NCBI GenBank assembly: GCA_934613415.1
Contig: CAKTSY010000002.1
Location: 60,001 to 92,000 of the forward strand
Length of the DNA stretch: 32,000 nucleotides
Direction: 5' to 3'
Source of the DNA: an uncultured Opitutales bacterium
GTDB taxonomy: Bacteria; Verrucomicrobiota; Verrucomicrobiia; Opitutales; Intestinicryptomonadaceae
Both the position numbers and the translations under genes were made by a program. Each line of letters begins with the position of its first letter. Position 1 is the first letter of the stretch. The notes beneath the pieces are model-generated. The model worked only from the letters and a program-made list of their open reading frames with translations. It was not told the DNA's origin and searched no databases. Of the stretch, positions 23,757-32,000 are shown one piece after another.

Positions 23757-24884
23757 CTAAAGCTTGGGTTTTAGAATGAAGGCCCCAACCAACGCCGTAA
23801 AGGGGGCAACCAAAACAAGCCCGAAAGACCCGACCAAAGTTTTTACCGCCTCGCTTGCAACGTAGGGATTGTTTAAAAAGTCTACGGGCGAAACGCCCTG
23901 GGCTGCAAAAGTCATCATAAGGGTTATGTATCCGCCAGAGTATGCAAGCAGCAATGTTGTAGACATTGTTCCCACAACAAGCCTGCCTATATTAAGCCCG
24001 GAAGATAAAAGCTTGGCTTTGCCTATTTGGGGGTTTCGCCGTACCAATTCGTGCATTCCTGCGGCAACGTCGGTGCTTAAGTCCATAACCGCCCCCGACG
24101 ACGACAAAAATATTGCGCCTATATAAATGTCTGCCAAATTTAAATCTTCAAAGCCCGAGTATAGCAACGCCTGCGAATAGGGCATAACGGCCCCGTTTAT
24201 CTTGAATAGCTTCGAGAAAAAATACGCGGTAACACAGCTTGCAAAAACGCCTAGCATTGTACCCAAAAAAGAGGTAGTGCCCTTCCTTGTAAAGCCCGCA
24301 ACCAAAAATATTATGGCAGCCGAAAGTATGAAAACCGCCGCCATGCAAACCCATATGGGGTTTGCCCCGTCAAGACAAAGCGGGATTACAATTTTCCAAA
24401 TTACCACGCACGAAAATACGAACGAAACTAGGGCTTTAAGCCCCGTCATTCCCGCAAAGGCAAGCAGCAAAAGCGCAAAAAGCCCGAAAAGCAGCGCCAT
24501 TTGGTTTGTGCGGTAAAAATCCTGGGCGTTTATGGTATCTTTTTCGGGCGAGGCGTTTTCGGGAACGGCGGCCAAAACGGTGTCGCCAACGTTGAACATT
24601 TTGTCCAAGTCCATTTGCGCCCTTAAGATATTTGCTCCGTTAAATATTTGCCCCGAATGTTTGCCGCTTAGGATTTTTATTTTAAGCGATTGTTCGCCGC
24701 GCTTTACAACGCCCGCGGTAAATACGTTTGAATTGTCGACCTGCAAAACTACGGCCTTTTCTTTGCTTCCCTCGCAAAGCCCTATTTGGTTGTAGGGCTT
24801 TATAAAGAGGGCAGCTACGCATACAACGGCAAAAACAAGAACCGTTATAATGTCTTTAACGAACGAATCGCGCGGGCTTTGCAT
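23757..24884 (-). CDS. YibE/F family integral membrane protein
   Basis: 375 aa: an N-terminal TM segment, a soluble segment, then about 6 TM helices. SSSGAVMDLSTDVAAGMHEL resembles the conserved YibE/F motif. Confidence 0.65.
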   Translation of the reverse strand: MQSPRDSFVKDIITVLVFAVVCVAALFIKPYNQIGLCEGSKEKAVVLQVDNSNVFTAGVVKRGEQSLKIKILSGKHSGQIFNGANILRAQMDLDKMFNVGDTVLAAVPENASPEKDTINAQDFYRTNQMALLFGLFALLLLAFAGMTGLKALVSFVFSCVVIWKIVIPLCLDGANPIWVCMAAVFILSAAIIFLVAGFTRKGTTSFLGTMLGVFASCVTAYFFSKLFKINGAVMPYSQALLYSGFEDLNLADIYIGAIFLSSSGAVMDLSTDVAAGMHELVRRNPQIGKAKLLSSGLNIGRLVVGTMSTTLLLAYSGGYITLMMTFAAQGVSPVDFLNNPYVASEAVKTLVGSFGLVLVAPFTALVGAFILKPKL

Positions 24885-24887
24885 TGG

Positions 24888-26279
24888 CTATTTAACCGCC
24901 TGCTTTAGCATTTTTGCGATGTCGGTGTTGTCTATTGTGCCGTTAAACGCCTCGCTTTGCGCGCCTATTGCGGTTGTGCTTACGGGCAACGCCGTGTGCG
25001 CGTTAGATGTCCAAGCAACTGCCGCCTTGTTGTCTAAAACTGTTATAAGCGCGTTTGTAAAGTTTTCGGCCTTTTTTGTGTCGGGTTTTTGCCCTTTAAG
25101 ATTTTTGTCGAAGCTGGCTTTTAGCCTTGCAATTTCGTCTTTTGTCAAAACCGTGCGGTCTTTTTTAAAGTCGCCTTCAAACTTAAACGAAAAGAATTTT
25201 GAAATGTCCGACTTTAGGTCGTCGAAGCTAAGCGAGGGGTTTTTCATATGCTTTTTTATCGCTTTTACGATAATATCGCGCGAGTTTTTTTGGCATTCCA
25301 AAAGATTTATGTACGACTTATAGCCCGTGCCCGCAAAGCCCAGTGTAAGGCCGCCGGTTTCGTGGTCGCCGGTAACAACAATCAAAGTTTCGTTCGGGTG
25401 CTTTTTTTGGAATTCCAACGCAACTTTTACGGCTTTGTCGAAGTCTAGTACTTCTTTTATTACCGTTGCCGCGTCGTTTGCGTGGCACATCCAGTCTATC
25501 TTGCCGCCTTCTACCATAACAAAAAAGCCCTTGGGGTTGTCTAAAATTTCTATCGCCTTTTCGGTAAAGTCGGCAATTCTGGGGCCGCTTTGGTCGTCTA
25601 TGGCGTAGTGCAAGGCTCCCTTTTCGGCAAAAGCCATTGTTTTGCCGCAGCCTTTTTTTACGTTTTTAAGGGCGTCTTTGCCGAAATATACGCTATAGCC
25701 ATTTTGTTCGGCAAGTTTGTAGGCGTCGCCGTTGTAGTGGCTCGACTCTTTTTTGTCGGCATCGCCAATGCCGCCGCCGCCGAAAAAGTCGAAATTGCTG
25801 TTTATCATATCAATGGCAATTTTGTAGTAGTTCGAGCGGCTGTCGTTGTGCGCATAAAAGGCGGCGGGCGTTGCGTGGTTTATGGTTACGCTTGTTATAA
25901 TGCCAACTTTCTTGCCACTTGCCTTTGCAACTTCGGCAATAGACTGCAGTTTTTTGCCTTCGGCGTTTATGCCCAAGGCTCCGTTGTTTGCCTTTTCGCC
26001 GCAGGCAATTGCCGTTCCGCTTGCCGCCGAGTCGGTAATAAACGAATTTGCCGCACGCGTATATGTAATTGCGTTGTTGGGCAGCTTGTTTATTGCCAAG
26101 CCGTCCATATTATTCATATGCAAAAATTCGTCGGTCATCATTCTTTGGGGAATGGACATACCGTCGCCTATAAATAGGAAGACGTATTTTACCGGGCTAA
26201 GTTCTTTTGCCGCGGCAAAAGAGCAGATACACGCAAAAAGAGTTGCGTACAAAGCAATGGGTTTTTTCCAGTTCATCAT
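24888..26279 (-). CDS. Alkaline phosphatase (PhoA family), secreted
   Basis: Signal peptide plus FIGDGMS, TDSAASGTAIACGEK, GGKIDWMCHANDAA and VVTGDHETGG (metal and catalytic Ser motifs). Confidence 0.9.
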   Translation of the reverse strand: MMNWKKPIALYATLFACICSFAAAKELSPVKYVFLFIGDGMSIPQRMMTDEFLHMNNMDGLAINKLPNNAITYTRAANSFITDSAASGTAIACGEKANNGALGINAEGKKLQSIAEVAKASGKKVGIITSVTINHATPAAFYAHNDSRSNYYKIAIDMINSNFDFFGGGGIGDADKKESSHYNGDAYKLAEQNGYSVYFGKDALKNVKKGCGKTMAFAEKGALHYAIDDQSGPRIADFTEKAIEILDNPKGFFVMVEGGKIDWMCHANDAATVIKEVLDFDKAVKVALEFQKKHPNETLIVVTGDHETGGLTLGFAGTGYKSYINLLECQKNSRDIIVKAIKKHMKNPSLSFDDLKSDISKFFSFKFEGDFKKDRTVLTKDEIARLKASFDKNLKGQKPDTKKAENFTNALITVLDNKAAVAWTSNAHTALPVSTTAIGAQSEAFNGTIDNTDIAKMLKQAVK

Positions 26280-26336
26280 AGTAGTATGTAAATATCACGG
26301 GTTAATCTAGAACGAAAAAGCGAAAAGTACAAGCTC

Positions 26337-26372
26337 CAAAAAAAAGCGCATTGACGGCTTTGCCAATGCGCT
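26337..26372 (-). terminator. Rho-independent terminator after the Pro-rich protein gene
   Basis: agcgcattg (26345-26353) pairs with caatgcgct (26364-26372) as a perfect 9-bp stem. The plus-strand A-run at 26337-26345 gives the U-tract on the minus-strand transcript. Confidence 0.75.
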
Positions 26373-26392
26373 TTTTAAGAATTTTTTGCGCC

Positions 26393-27016
26393 CTACGGAA
26401 TTTGCTGGATTTTTACGCTGTCGGGCTGGGCTTTTGAATTTGCCTTGTTTACCGCCGAAACAACGTCGGCTACAATCTTGTTTTTAAGATTTTCGTAGCC
26501 CGATTGCAGCGCGCTTGCGGTAATGGAATAATTTGTGCCGTTTAGCGCGCAAACAACCGTAATGCTTGCCCCGTAGTTGCCCGATGAAAGGTAAAAGTCG
26601 TCTACCTGAACGGAGCAGGGAATGCCTTTTAGCTGTTCGTTTAAAAGGGCGGCAATGTCGGCCTTTAAAGAGGCGCGACTAACCGTGGTTTGCGCCGTAG
26701 GTTGCTGGATTATAACTGTTTGCGGCGTAGGCTGCGTATACACAACGGTTTGCGGGGTGCTTTGAGTGTATATAACCGTTGTTGTGGGTCTTTCGTAGGC
26801 CCTTATTGCCGAGCCAAACATATACGAGATTCCGCCTATGGCAAACCATTCGCCGCGCGGGGGCCTTGGGTGGTGAAACCTTGGAGGCGGAGGTGGCGGG
26901 GCGGGTCTTGGTGCAGGCGGACGCGGCCCGGGAGCAGGGGGTCTGGGCTGGGCAAACGTTAAAACAGGCAAAACCAACAAGCCTATAACAATAGTCTTTA
27001 AAAATTTCCCATTCAT
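26393..27016 (-). CDS. Secreted proline-rich protein with internal 10-aa tandem repeats (hypothetical)
   Basis: Signal peptide MNGKFLKTIVIGLLVLPVLTFA, then QPRPPAPGPRPPAPRPAPPPPPPRFHHPRPPRG, then TVIYTQSTPQ/TVVYTQPTPQ/TVIIQQPTAQ. A terminator lies downstream. Confidence 0.7.
   Translation of the reverse strand: MNGKFLKTIVIGLLVLPVLTFAQPRPPAPGPRPPAPRPAPPPPPPRFHHPRPPRGEWFAIGGISYMFGSAIRAYERPTTTVIYTQSTPQTVVYTQPTPQTVIIQQPTAQTTVSRASLKADIAALLNEQLKGIPCSVQVDDFYLSSGNYGASITVVCALNGTNYSITASALQSGYENLKNKIVADVVSAVNKANSKAQPDSVKIQQIP
26690..26779 (-). repeat. Three imperfect 30-nt (10-aa) tandem repeats inside the Pro-rich protein gene
   Basis: Translation TVIYTQSTPQ TVVYTQPTPQ TVIIQQPTAQ (aa 80-109). The DNA periodicity shows as a repeated ..gtttgcgg.gt.. 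on the plus strand. Confidence 0.8.
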
Positions 27017-27209
27017 AATTTTCCTTTGTTAGAATTTTTGCTTTATTTTTAAACAATTGGTTAAACAAGGAAATTTGCGTTTCGTTTCAAAAAAATATGT
27101 TTTCTAAAAAATTTTTATAATGCAATAGTTGTTTTTTGCCCATAATTTTTAAAAGGGCAAAATTTATAATTGATTTGGCAGGCCCCCATACATTTTATGG
27201 ATAAAACAT

Positions 27210-28418
27210 ATGGCAAAACCGAACACAAGATTTACAAACGAAATAATTTCGCGCAACATAGAGCGCGAGAACGGGCTGAGGATAAACGCCCGAAAATCGT
27301 CGCAGGCAACAAGACGCCGCCCCGAAAGAATTTCGGACGCAAGAAATCTAAGAATGGCCTTTGCCCACGACGCCGACCGCATTATACATTCTATGGCCTA
27401 TTCGCGCTATTTGGGTAAAACGCAGGTGTTTTTTCAGGTCGGCAACGACCATATAACCCGAAGGGCATTGCACGTTCAGCTTGTTTCGAAAATAGCCAGA
27501 ACAATAGCCCGTTTTTTAAATGCCAACGAAGACCTAACCGAGGCTATATCTCTTGCGCACGATATTGGACACACCCCCTTCGGCCACCCCGGCGAAAGCG
27601 CGTTGGCGGCTTGTATGGAGGAATGCAAAAATGGAAGCTTTTTGCACAGCGCGCAGTCGGTAAGGGTGCTCGACAAAATAGAAAAACGCAGAAAGGGACT
27701 AAATTTAACTTTAGAGGTTTTAGACGGCATTTTGGGGCACAACGGCGAAAATTTAAGCAACCAAATAAAGTTTAACCCAAAAAATCTGAATTTTGAAAGA
27801 CTAGACTACGATACCGAAAAATGCCTTACGCTTCCCCGCAAAGTAGGCTACGAAAAATCGGTGTTTCCGTCTACGCTTGAAGGCTGCATTGTAAGGGTTT
27901 CCGACACTATAGCCTATTTGGGAAGGGACATAGACGACGCTATAAGGCTTGGGCTTATAAAGCGTGAGCAGCTGCCGCAAAACGCGGTTTGCATCTTGGG
28001 TGCGCAAAATTCCGACATAGTAAATTCGCTTTGTATAGACGTTATGAACAATAGCTACGACGGCAAGGCAATAAGGTTTTCCGACAAGGTTTATTCGGCG
28101 GTGCTGCAGCTTAAAAAATTCAGCGTAGAAAACATATATTACCACCCGCTTATAACCGCTCAAGTTTCGAGATTTATTCCAATGCTAAAGGCAATGTTTA
28201 AAAAGCTTGTTAAAGACTTAAGGGAAAAGAACACGCAGTCGATAATATTCGAGGCGTTTATCAGCCAGTCTAGCGAGGCGTATTTAAACGAAAACGCTCC
28301 CGAACGCATTGTAGCCGATTTTATTTCGGCAATGACCGACGATTATTTTATGGAAACCTACAACAAAATGTTTATGCCCGAACGCATAGACTACGGCAGA
28401 AAATTCGAAAGATTTTAG
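27210..28418 (+). CDS. dGTPase-like dNTP triphosphohydrolase (HD domain)
   Basis: FAHDADRIIHSMAYSRYLGKTQVF, TRRALHVQLVS and AISLAHDIGHTPFGHPGE are the signature of the dGTP triphosphohydrolase family. Confidence 0.85.
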   Translation: MAKPNTRFTNEIISRNIERENGLRINARKSSQATRRRPERISDARNLRMAFAHDADRIIHSMAYSRYLGKTQVFFQVGNDHITRRALHVQLVSKIARTIARFLNANEDLTEAISLAHDIGHTPFGHPGESALAACMEECKNGSFLHSAQSVRVLDKIEKRRKGLNLTLEVLDGILGHNGENLSNQIKFNPKNLNFERLDYDTEKCLTLPRKVGYEKSVFPSTLEGCIVRVSDTIAYLGRDIDDAIRLGLIKREQLPQNAVCILGAQNSDIVNSLCIDVMNNSYDGKAIRFSDKVYSAVLQLKKFSVENIYYHPLITAQVSRFIPMLKAMFKKLVKDLREKNTQSIIFEAFISQSSEAYLNENAPERIVADFISAMTDDYFMETYNKMFMPERIDYGRKFERF

Positions 28419-28491
28419 CGTTTTTTTATATAGATTTTGCTTGAAAAGACGCAAAGAGAGGTTCTATTGTTAGACACATCTAATTTTTATT

Positions 28492-28779
28492 ATGAAAGCT
28501 AAATTGTTGAAAAAGTTGGCAACACTTACTGTTGTTGCGGTAGTATCCGTTTTTGCAAGCGCATGCTCTAGCGTTTGCAAAACTAACGAATGCGCAAAGA
28601 GCAACGAATGCGCGGTAGCCGTTTGCGCTGCAAAATGCCAGTGCAACCCCTGTGTAAAGGGCTGCAAATGCGGTTGCGACAAGAGCACATGTGCTGCGCA
28701 ATGCCAAAAGGCTGCAAATTGCGCAAAGCCCGCAAACTGCCAAAAGGCATGCCCTGCTCAAAAACAGTGCGCAAAATAA
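28492..28779 (+). CDS. Exported cysteine-rich mini-protein (metallothionein-like composition; possible lipoprotein)
   Basis: 95 aa. The signal peptide MKAKLLKKLATLTVVAVVSVFASA|C is followed by a mature 71 aa with 17 Cys (CQCNPCVKGCKCGC core), no aromatic residues and no His. A strong terminator follows immediately. Confidence 0.7.
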   Translation: MKAKLLKKLATLTVVAVVSVFASACSSVCKTNECAKSNECAVAVCAAKCQCNPCVKGCKCGCDKSTCAAQCQKAANCAKPANCQKACPAQKQCAK

Positions 28780-28800
28780 CTTGCCTTAAATAAATATGGA

Positions 28801-28834
28801 GACCGCCCCCTAAAAAGAGGGCGGTCTTTTTTTT
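28801..28834. terminator. Rho-independent terminator between convergent genes
   Basis: gaccgccc (28801-28808) pairs with gggcggtc (28819-28826), followed by T8 at 28827-28834. Confidence 0.8.
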
Positions 28835-28872
28835 ACCATACTTTGATTTTATCAGACTACGATGTGCGATTG

Positions 28873-29709
28873 TTAAAATCCGAAAGTTGTGGAAACGCCG
28901 TACCAAAGCAGGCTGTCGTTGCCTTCGCCTTTGCCGTCGCTATTTGCGGCATATCTAATACCGGCCGAAACCGCCCAAAAGTCGGTAATCTTTACAACAG
29001 CGTCTATTTTTGCCCCGGCATAGCCGTAGCCGCAGTCGTCGGCAAGGCCGCCCGCCGTATAGTCGGCATAGCCGCCAAAGCAGGCAATGTCAAGCGTGCC
29101 CCATTCTTCGCCTATAAGCCATTTTGTTATGGGGGCAGAATAGCTTAGGCCTGCTTCTATTGTAGTGCCAGAATATGTAAAGTTGTAATAGCCTGCAACG
29201 TACGGGCATATCGCAAAGTCGCCCAAAAGCTCGGAAGTGTCGTAGCTTAAGGCAAGTTTTAGCTCGTGCTCGTTTTGCCAGCCTTCAATTGGGTAGGTGT
29301 AGGCGGTATAGCCGAAATCTATAGTAAAGTTTTCTATAGAATAGGTAACGCCGCAGTAAATGTCGTTTTCTTCGTAATTGCCCGAGTAGTTAGAGTTGTC
29401 GGCAGTGTAGCAACCCCACCAGCCAACATATGCGCCAAAGCCCGCGCCAATGTCGTAGCTTAAATCAACTTCGGGGGTAATTACATGGCCAGCAAGCTGT
29501 TTGCCTCTAAATATAAATTCCGATTCGTACCCGACCATTGCCGAGGCCGAAAGTTTTTCTACAATGCCCTTTACGCTTTCGTTGCCTGCAAGGGCACTAA
29601 TGCTTTCCGCGGCCGTTGTAGCGGGCGAAGCTTTCGCCGCGTCGTCGGCAAAAGCGGTGGATAATGCGCCGCAAATCAAAGCGGCAGTAAACGCATTCTT
29701 TATATTCAT
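28873..29709 (-). CDS. Outer-membrane beta-barrel protein (porin-like)
   Basis: Signal peptide MNIKNAFTAALICGALSTAFA, alternating aromatic/Gly-rich beta-strand pattern, and the C-terminal ...WYGVSTTFGF ending in Phe (OMP signature). Confidence 0.7.
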   Translation of the reverse strand: MNIKNAFTAALICGALSTAFADDAAKASPATTAAESISALAGNESVKGIVEKLSASAMVGYESEFIFRGKQLAGHVITPEVDLSYDIGAGFGAYVGWWGCYTADNSNYSGNYEENDIYCGVTYSIENFTIDFGYTAYTYPIEGWQNEHELKLALSYDTSELLGDFAICPYVAGYYNFTYSGTTIEAGLSYSAPITKWLIGEEWGTLDIACFGGYADYTAGGLADDCGYGYAGAKIDAVVKITDFWAVSAGIRYAANSDGKGEGNDSLLWYGVSTTFGF

Positions 29710-29800
29710 TTGTTTTTACCTGTTTGTTTTAGACAAAGAGAATTCTTTGACTATGCTTTTTATGTGTAGCATAATGCGTGCCAACTTTTTGAGAATTGCG

Positions 29801-29912
29801 CAATTTGTTGTATATTAGTGCAATGTGCCTTTTGTCGAGTTTTGCTGCCCAATTTGCAACACAAACAATAGTGTGCTATACAACAAATTTGTATGTATGT
29901 TCGCCAAATTTG
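29801..29912. promoter_or_regulatory. Cluster of CAAATTTG / CAATTTG palindromic motifs plus a 13-bp inverted repeat in a divergent intergenic region (candidate operator array)
   Basis: CAATTTG at 29801 and 29850; palindromic CAAATTTG at 29884 and 29905 (21-bp phasing). aatttgttgtata (29802-29814) is the reverse complement of tatacaacaaatt (29877-29889). Confidence 0.4.
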
Positions 29913-30038
29913 TAGGCATATACATTTTTGCAGGCAAAATTTTTGCGCGTCTTTAAAAAACTAACAAAAAGCTGTTTTTTGTCTAATAAAACTCTAACAA
30001 AAACAGTCTACTATTGTGCGAATAATAAAAATATAAAT

Positions 30039-30383
30039 ATGCAAGAATATCTAAAATCGAAAATGGTAAAACTGCGCTGCAAGAAGAGTTATCAAGGCGC
30101 GCACACGCACATAGTTATAGGTCGCGTGTTGGAGGAAAATCAAAACTACATAGCAATTATGGGCAAAACATTTCACTTTGGCAGAATTGTAGACGGTATG
30201 AAAAACCAGATTTTCTCGGGTGCAATTACCGAGCGCATTGTACCTTGGAACAATGTGGAGATTATCCACCCCTTGTCGGACGAAAGCGATTTTACCGCTC
30301 CCATTAAGTTCGACACAAACGGCAATTTGGTTTTGTGCGACAATGCGCACACGCTTATAGCCGAAAAGCGCGACGAACTATAG
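30039..30383 (+). CDS. Hypothetical protein (114 aa)
   Basis: The ORF track starts at TTG 29928, but the first ATG (30039, MQEYLKSKMV...) is the more plausible start. A strong terminator lies downstream. Confidence 0.6.
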   Translation: MQEYLKSKMVKLRCKKSYQGAHTHIVIGRVLEENQNYIAIMGKTFHFGRIVDGMKNQIFSGAITERIVPWNNVEIIHPLSDESDFTAPIKFDTNGNLVLCDNAHTLIAEKRDEL

Positions 30384-30429
30384 GGTTTGTCGGCTCGCTG
30401 AATTTTTTATGGTTTATATGTGTTAGTTT

Positions 30430-30462
30430 CGGCCTCCCTTGATTTTAGGAGGCCTTTTTTTT
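30430..30462 (+). terminator. Rho-independent terminator
   Basis: ggcctcc (30430-30436) pairs with ggaggcc (30447-30453), followed by T9. Confidence 0.8.
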
Positions 30463-30533
30463 GCCCGTTTTGTTTTGGCTTGCGTGCAGCCGCCATATTT
30501 TGCAGAGTTTCAGCGTAATCGAAAACCGGCTAT

Positions 30534-31433
30534 ATGGAGCTACGACACATAAGATATTTTTTAAAGGCGGCCGAAACTTTGCACTTTTCGCGGGCGGCCG
30601 ACGAGCTTGGCATTGCGCAGTCGGCGCTAAGCCAGCAAATAAAACAGCTTGAAGCCGAAATGGGTTGCACGCTTTTCGACCGCAGCAACAAATGGAAGCT
30701 TACCCTTACCGAAGCCGGCCGCGTTTTTTGCGAAGACGCAACCCAGATTATCTCGAATGTAGACTCCGCCAAGCGAAGGGCTTTGCAGGCGTCGAAGGGC
30801 GACGGCGGCTCGCTTTCTATAAGCATAATTCCCTCGTTCTTTAGCTCTGCAAAGTTTTTTGAAGCATTGAACAAAATGCGCAGCCAGTGGCCCAACGTGT
30901 TCTTAAAGCTAAGCAAGCATTCTTCGGCAAATATTTTAGAGTGTGTGGAAAATTCGGTTTTGGATTTCGGCATAATAAGGGTTGTAAACCCCGCAACTTT
31001 GGGCACGCAGTATGTCGAAATAGGGCACGAAAAGATTTTGCTTGCCGTGCCCGAAACGCACAGGCTTGCAAAGGCGCGCTCTATAAAACTTGCCGATTTA
31101 AAGAGCGAAAAGTTTGTTATGCTACCCCGCGAAGAATCTCCGTTTTTTTGCCAGATTATAGATGTTGCGTTGCGCAGGGCGGGCATACTTTCGCCGAACG
31201 TTGTAGAGGAAATATACAATTTCGACGCAATATTAAGGTCGTTGCCGAACTCGAATTTAATTTCGTTTGCCCCCGAGCTTCTTAAAACGCAAAACAATTA
31301 CAAGGGCGTTGTTTTAAAGCCTGTTTTAGACTTGAATGTAGACGTTCGCTACGTGGGCGTTTGGAAGAACGGGAAAGTCTCGAAACCCCTTGGCAACTTT
31401 ATAAAAATCCTAAAAAGTACATTCAAAATATAA
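30534..31433 (+). CDS. LysR family transcriptional regulator
   Basis: The N-terminal wHTH MELRHIRYFLKAAETLHFSRAADELGIAQSALSQQIKQLEAEMGCTLFDR is the canonical LysR signature. Its 299-aa length includes a substrate-binding domain. Confidence 0.9.
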   Translation: MELRHIRYFLKAAETLHFSRAADELGIAQSALSQQIKQLEAEMGCTLFDRSNKWKLTLTEAGRVFCEDATQIISNVDSAKRRALQASKGDGGSLSISIIPSFFSSAKFFEALNKMRSQWPNVFLKLSKHSSANILECVENSVLDFGIIRVVNPATLGTQYVEIGHEKILLAVPETHRLAKARSIKLADLKSEKFVMLPREESPFFCQIIDVALRRAGILSPNVVEEIYNFDAILRSLPNSNLISFAPELLKTQNNYKGVVLKPVLDLNVDVRYVGVWKNGKVSKPLGNFIKILKSTFKI

Positions 31434-31519
31434 TCTTTTTAGCTTATTAACAATGCTAATATTATATATTGAACTTATAATGCAGTTTTTGTAAAATTTC
31501 CGCATACAAAGGATTTTTT

Positions 31520-32000
31520 ATGGGACTGCCCTTATACGAAGAGGCCGATTTTATTTCGAAATACGCGGCAAGCCTGCTTGCAAGCGGCGCGTATGTGTCG
31601 AGGGTTATGCGCTCGGCGTCGCGCATTGCAACGGCGTTGGGTTTGGATATAAAATTGGTAACGGGTTATTCTAACGTAATAATTTCGATAGAAGACGAAA
31701 AAAACAAAATCTGCCTTACAAAGGTTGTAAAAATTCCCGCAAAGCCGATTTCGTTCGAAACAAACGCCGATTTGTGCTGCCTTTCTTGGAAGGCGCTGGA
31801 CAACCATATGTCGCTTGCCGAAATAAAAGAGGCGTTCGACAAAATTATGGCGAAGCCCAGAATAGATTCCTTGTTTGTTCTGTTTATGGTGGGTTTTGCA
31901 AACGCTTCGTTTTGCAGGCTTTTTGGCGGCGACTTTCTTGCAATGGCAATAGTTTTTAGCTCTACTCTTGCGGGATTTTCTGCAAAGCAGATTCTGCAAA
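31520..32000 (+). CDS. ThrE/YjjP-like (threonine/serine exporter family, DUF1212) membrane protein; 3-prime end lies outside the window
   Basis: The frame is open from ATG 31520 to the window end: MGLPLYEEADFISKYAASLLASGAYVSRVMRSASRIATALGLDIKLV... matches the N-terminal pattern of this family. It is absent from the ORF track because there is no stop in the window. Confidence 0.6.
   Translation, partial: MGLPLYEEADFISKYAASLLASGAYVSRVMRSASRIATALGLDIKLVTGYSNVIISIEDEKNKICLTKVVKIPAKPISFETNADLCCLSWKALDNHMSLAEIKEAFDKIMAKPRIDSLFVLFMVGFANASFCRLFGGDFLAMAIVFSSTLAGFSAKQILQ

Noticed and set aside
25590-26177. 195-aa plus-strand ORF inside the alkaline phosphatase gene
   Set aside because: It is antisense to a gene with all PhoA catalytic motifs, and its translation is Val/Ala/Gly/Phe low-complexity.
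27210-28418. dGTPase-like gene as a possible anti-phage dNTP-depletion defence gene
   Set aside because: Some dGTPases do act in defence. This copy sits in host-like G+C among housekeeping-looking genes, with no mobile-element or defence neighbours. It is more simply explained as the housekeeping dgt-like paralogue, and sequence alone cannot decide the matter.
29928-30038. TTG-initiated 37-codon N-terminal extension of the hypothetical protein
   Set aside because: The extension is Lys/Phe/Leu-rich AT-rich leader sequence. An ATG at 30039 gives a compact 114-aa product.
30530-31297. 255-aa ORF antisense to the LysR regulator gene
   Set aside because: It overlaps a canonical LysR gene over its full length. 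It is Ser/Phe/Cys-rich and has no motifs, so I treat it as a shadow ORF.
1-32000. CRISPR arrays, rRNA genes, additional tRNAs and an integrase gene
   Set aside because: I looked for regularly spaced direct repeats, rRNA-like conserved blocks and tyrosine or serine recombinase motifs. By-eye scanning and the ORF track showed none. A tool-based scan (CRISPR finder, tRNAscan, Infernal) would be needed for certainty.

Overview
This 32-kb window comes from a diderm bacterium. All calls rest on reading the sequence and the ORF track; I ran no database or structure searches. On 60-nt lines I counted by hand, host genes are about 50% G+C. Most host start codons have no Shine-Dalgarno sequence.

The flanks are ordinary:
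- Left flank: Opp/Dpp-type ABC permeases, a secreted glycosidase-like protein, an Rrf2 regulator and tRNA-Thr(CGU).
- Right flank, 12.7-32 kb: a VOC protein, galM, glgB and a manC-gmd-fcl (GDP-L-fucose) operon. This operon converges on an fnlA-cupin-fnlB-fnlC (UDP-L-FucNAc type) operon. After that come YibE/F, alkaline phosphatase, a Pro-rich secreted protein, a dGTPase-like HD protein, a very Cys-rich exported mini-protein, an OM beta-barrel protein, LysR and a ThrE-like exporter.

Between tRNA-Thr (3545-3617) and about 12.7 kb lies an accessory stretch. It holds a decayed ISL3 transposase, a low-G+C three-gene block on the plus strand (4752-10461), and about 2.2 kb of broken minus-strand ORFs that include a perfect 22-bp inverted repeat.

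The three-gene block is the stand-out:
- A 329-332 aa methyltransferase-fold protein with no (D/N/S)PP(Y/F/W) catalytic motif and a C-terminal Cys cluster.
- A translationally coupled 1358-aa single polypeptide that fuses a GIY-YIG/T5orf172-like nuclease, an SF2 DEAH helicase, a K/E-rich linker and a gamma-class N6-adenine MTase (NPPY) plus target-recognition region. This is a Type ISP-like layout with a different nuclease.
- A small HEPN-like ORF (RNKVNCH) interrupted at an A7 tract.

A sharp G+C seam inside the large ORF suggests that its catalytic/TRD half and the HEPN-like gene were swapped in together. I cannot tell from sequence alone whether this gene combination has already been described.
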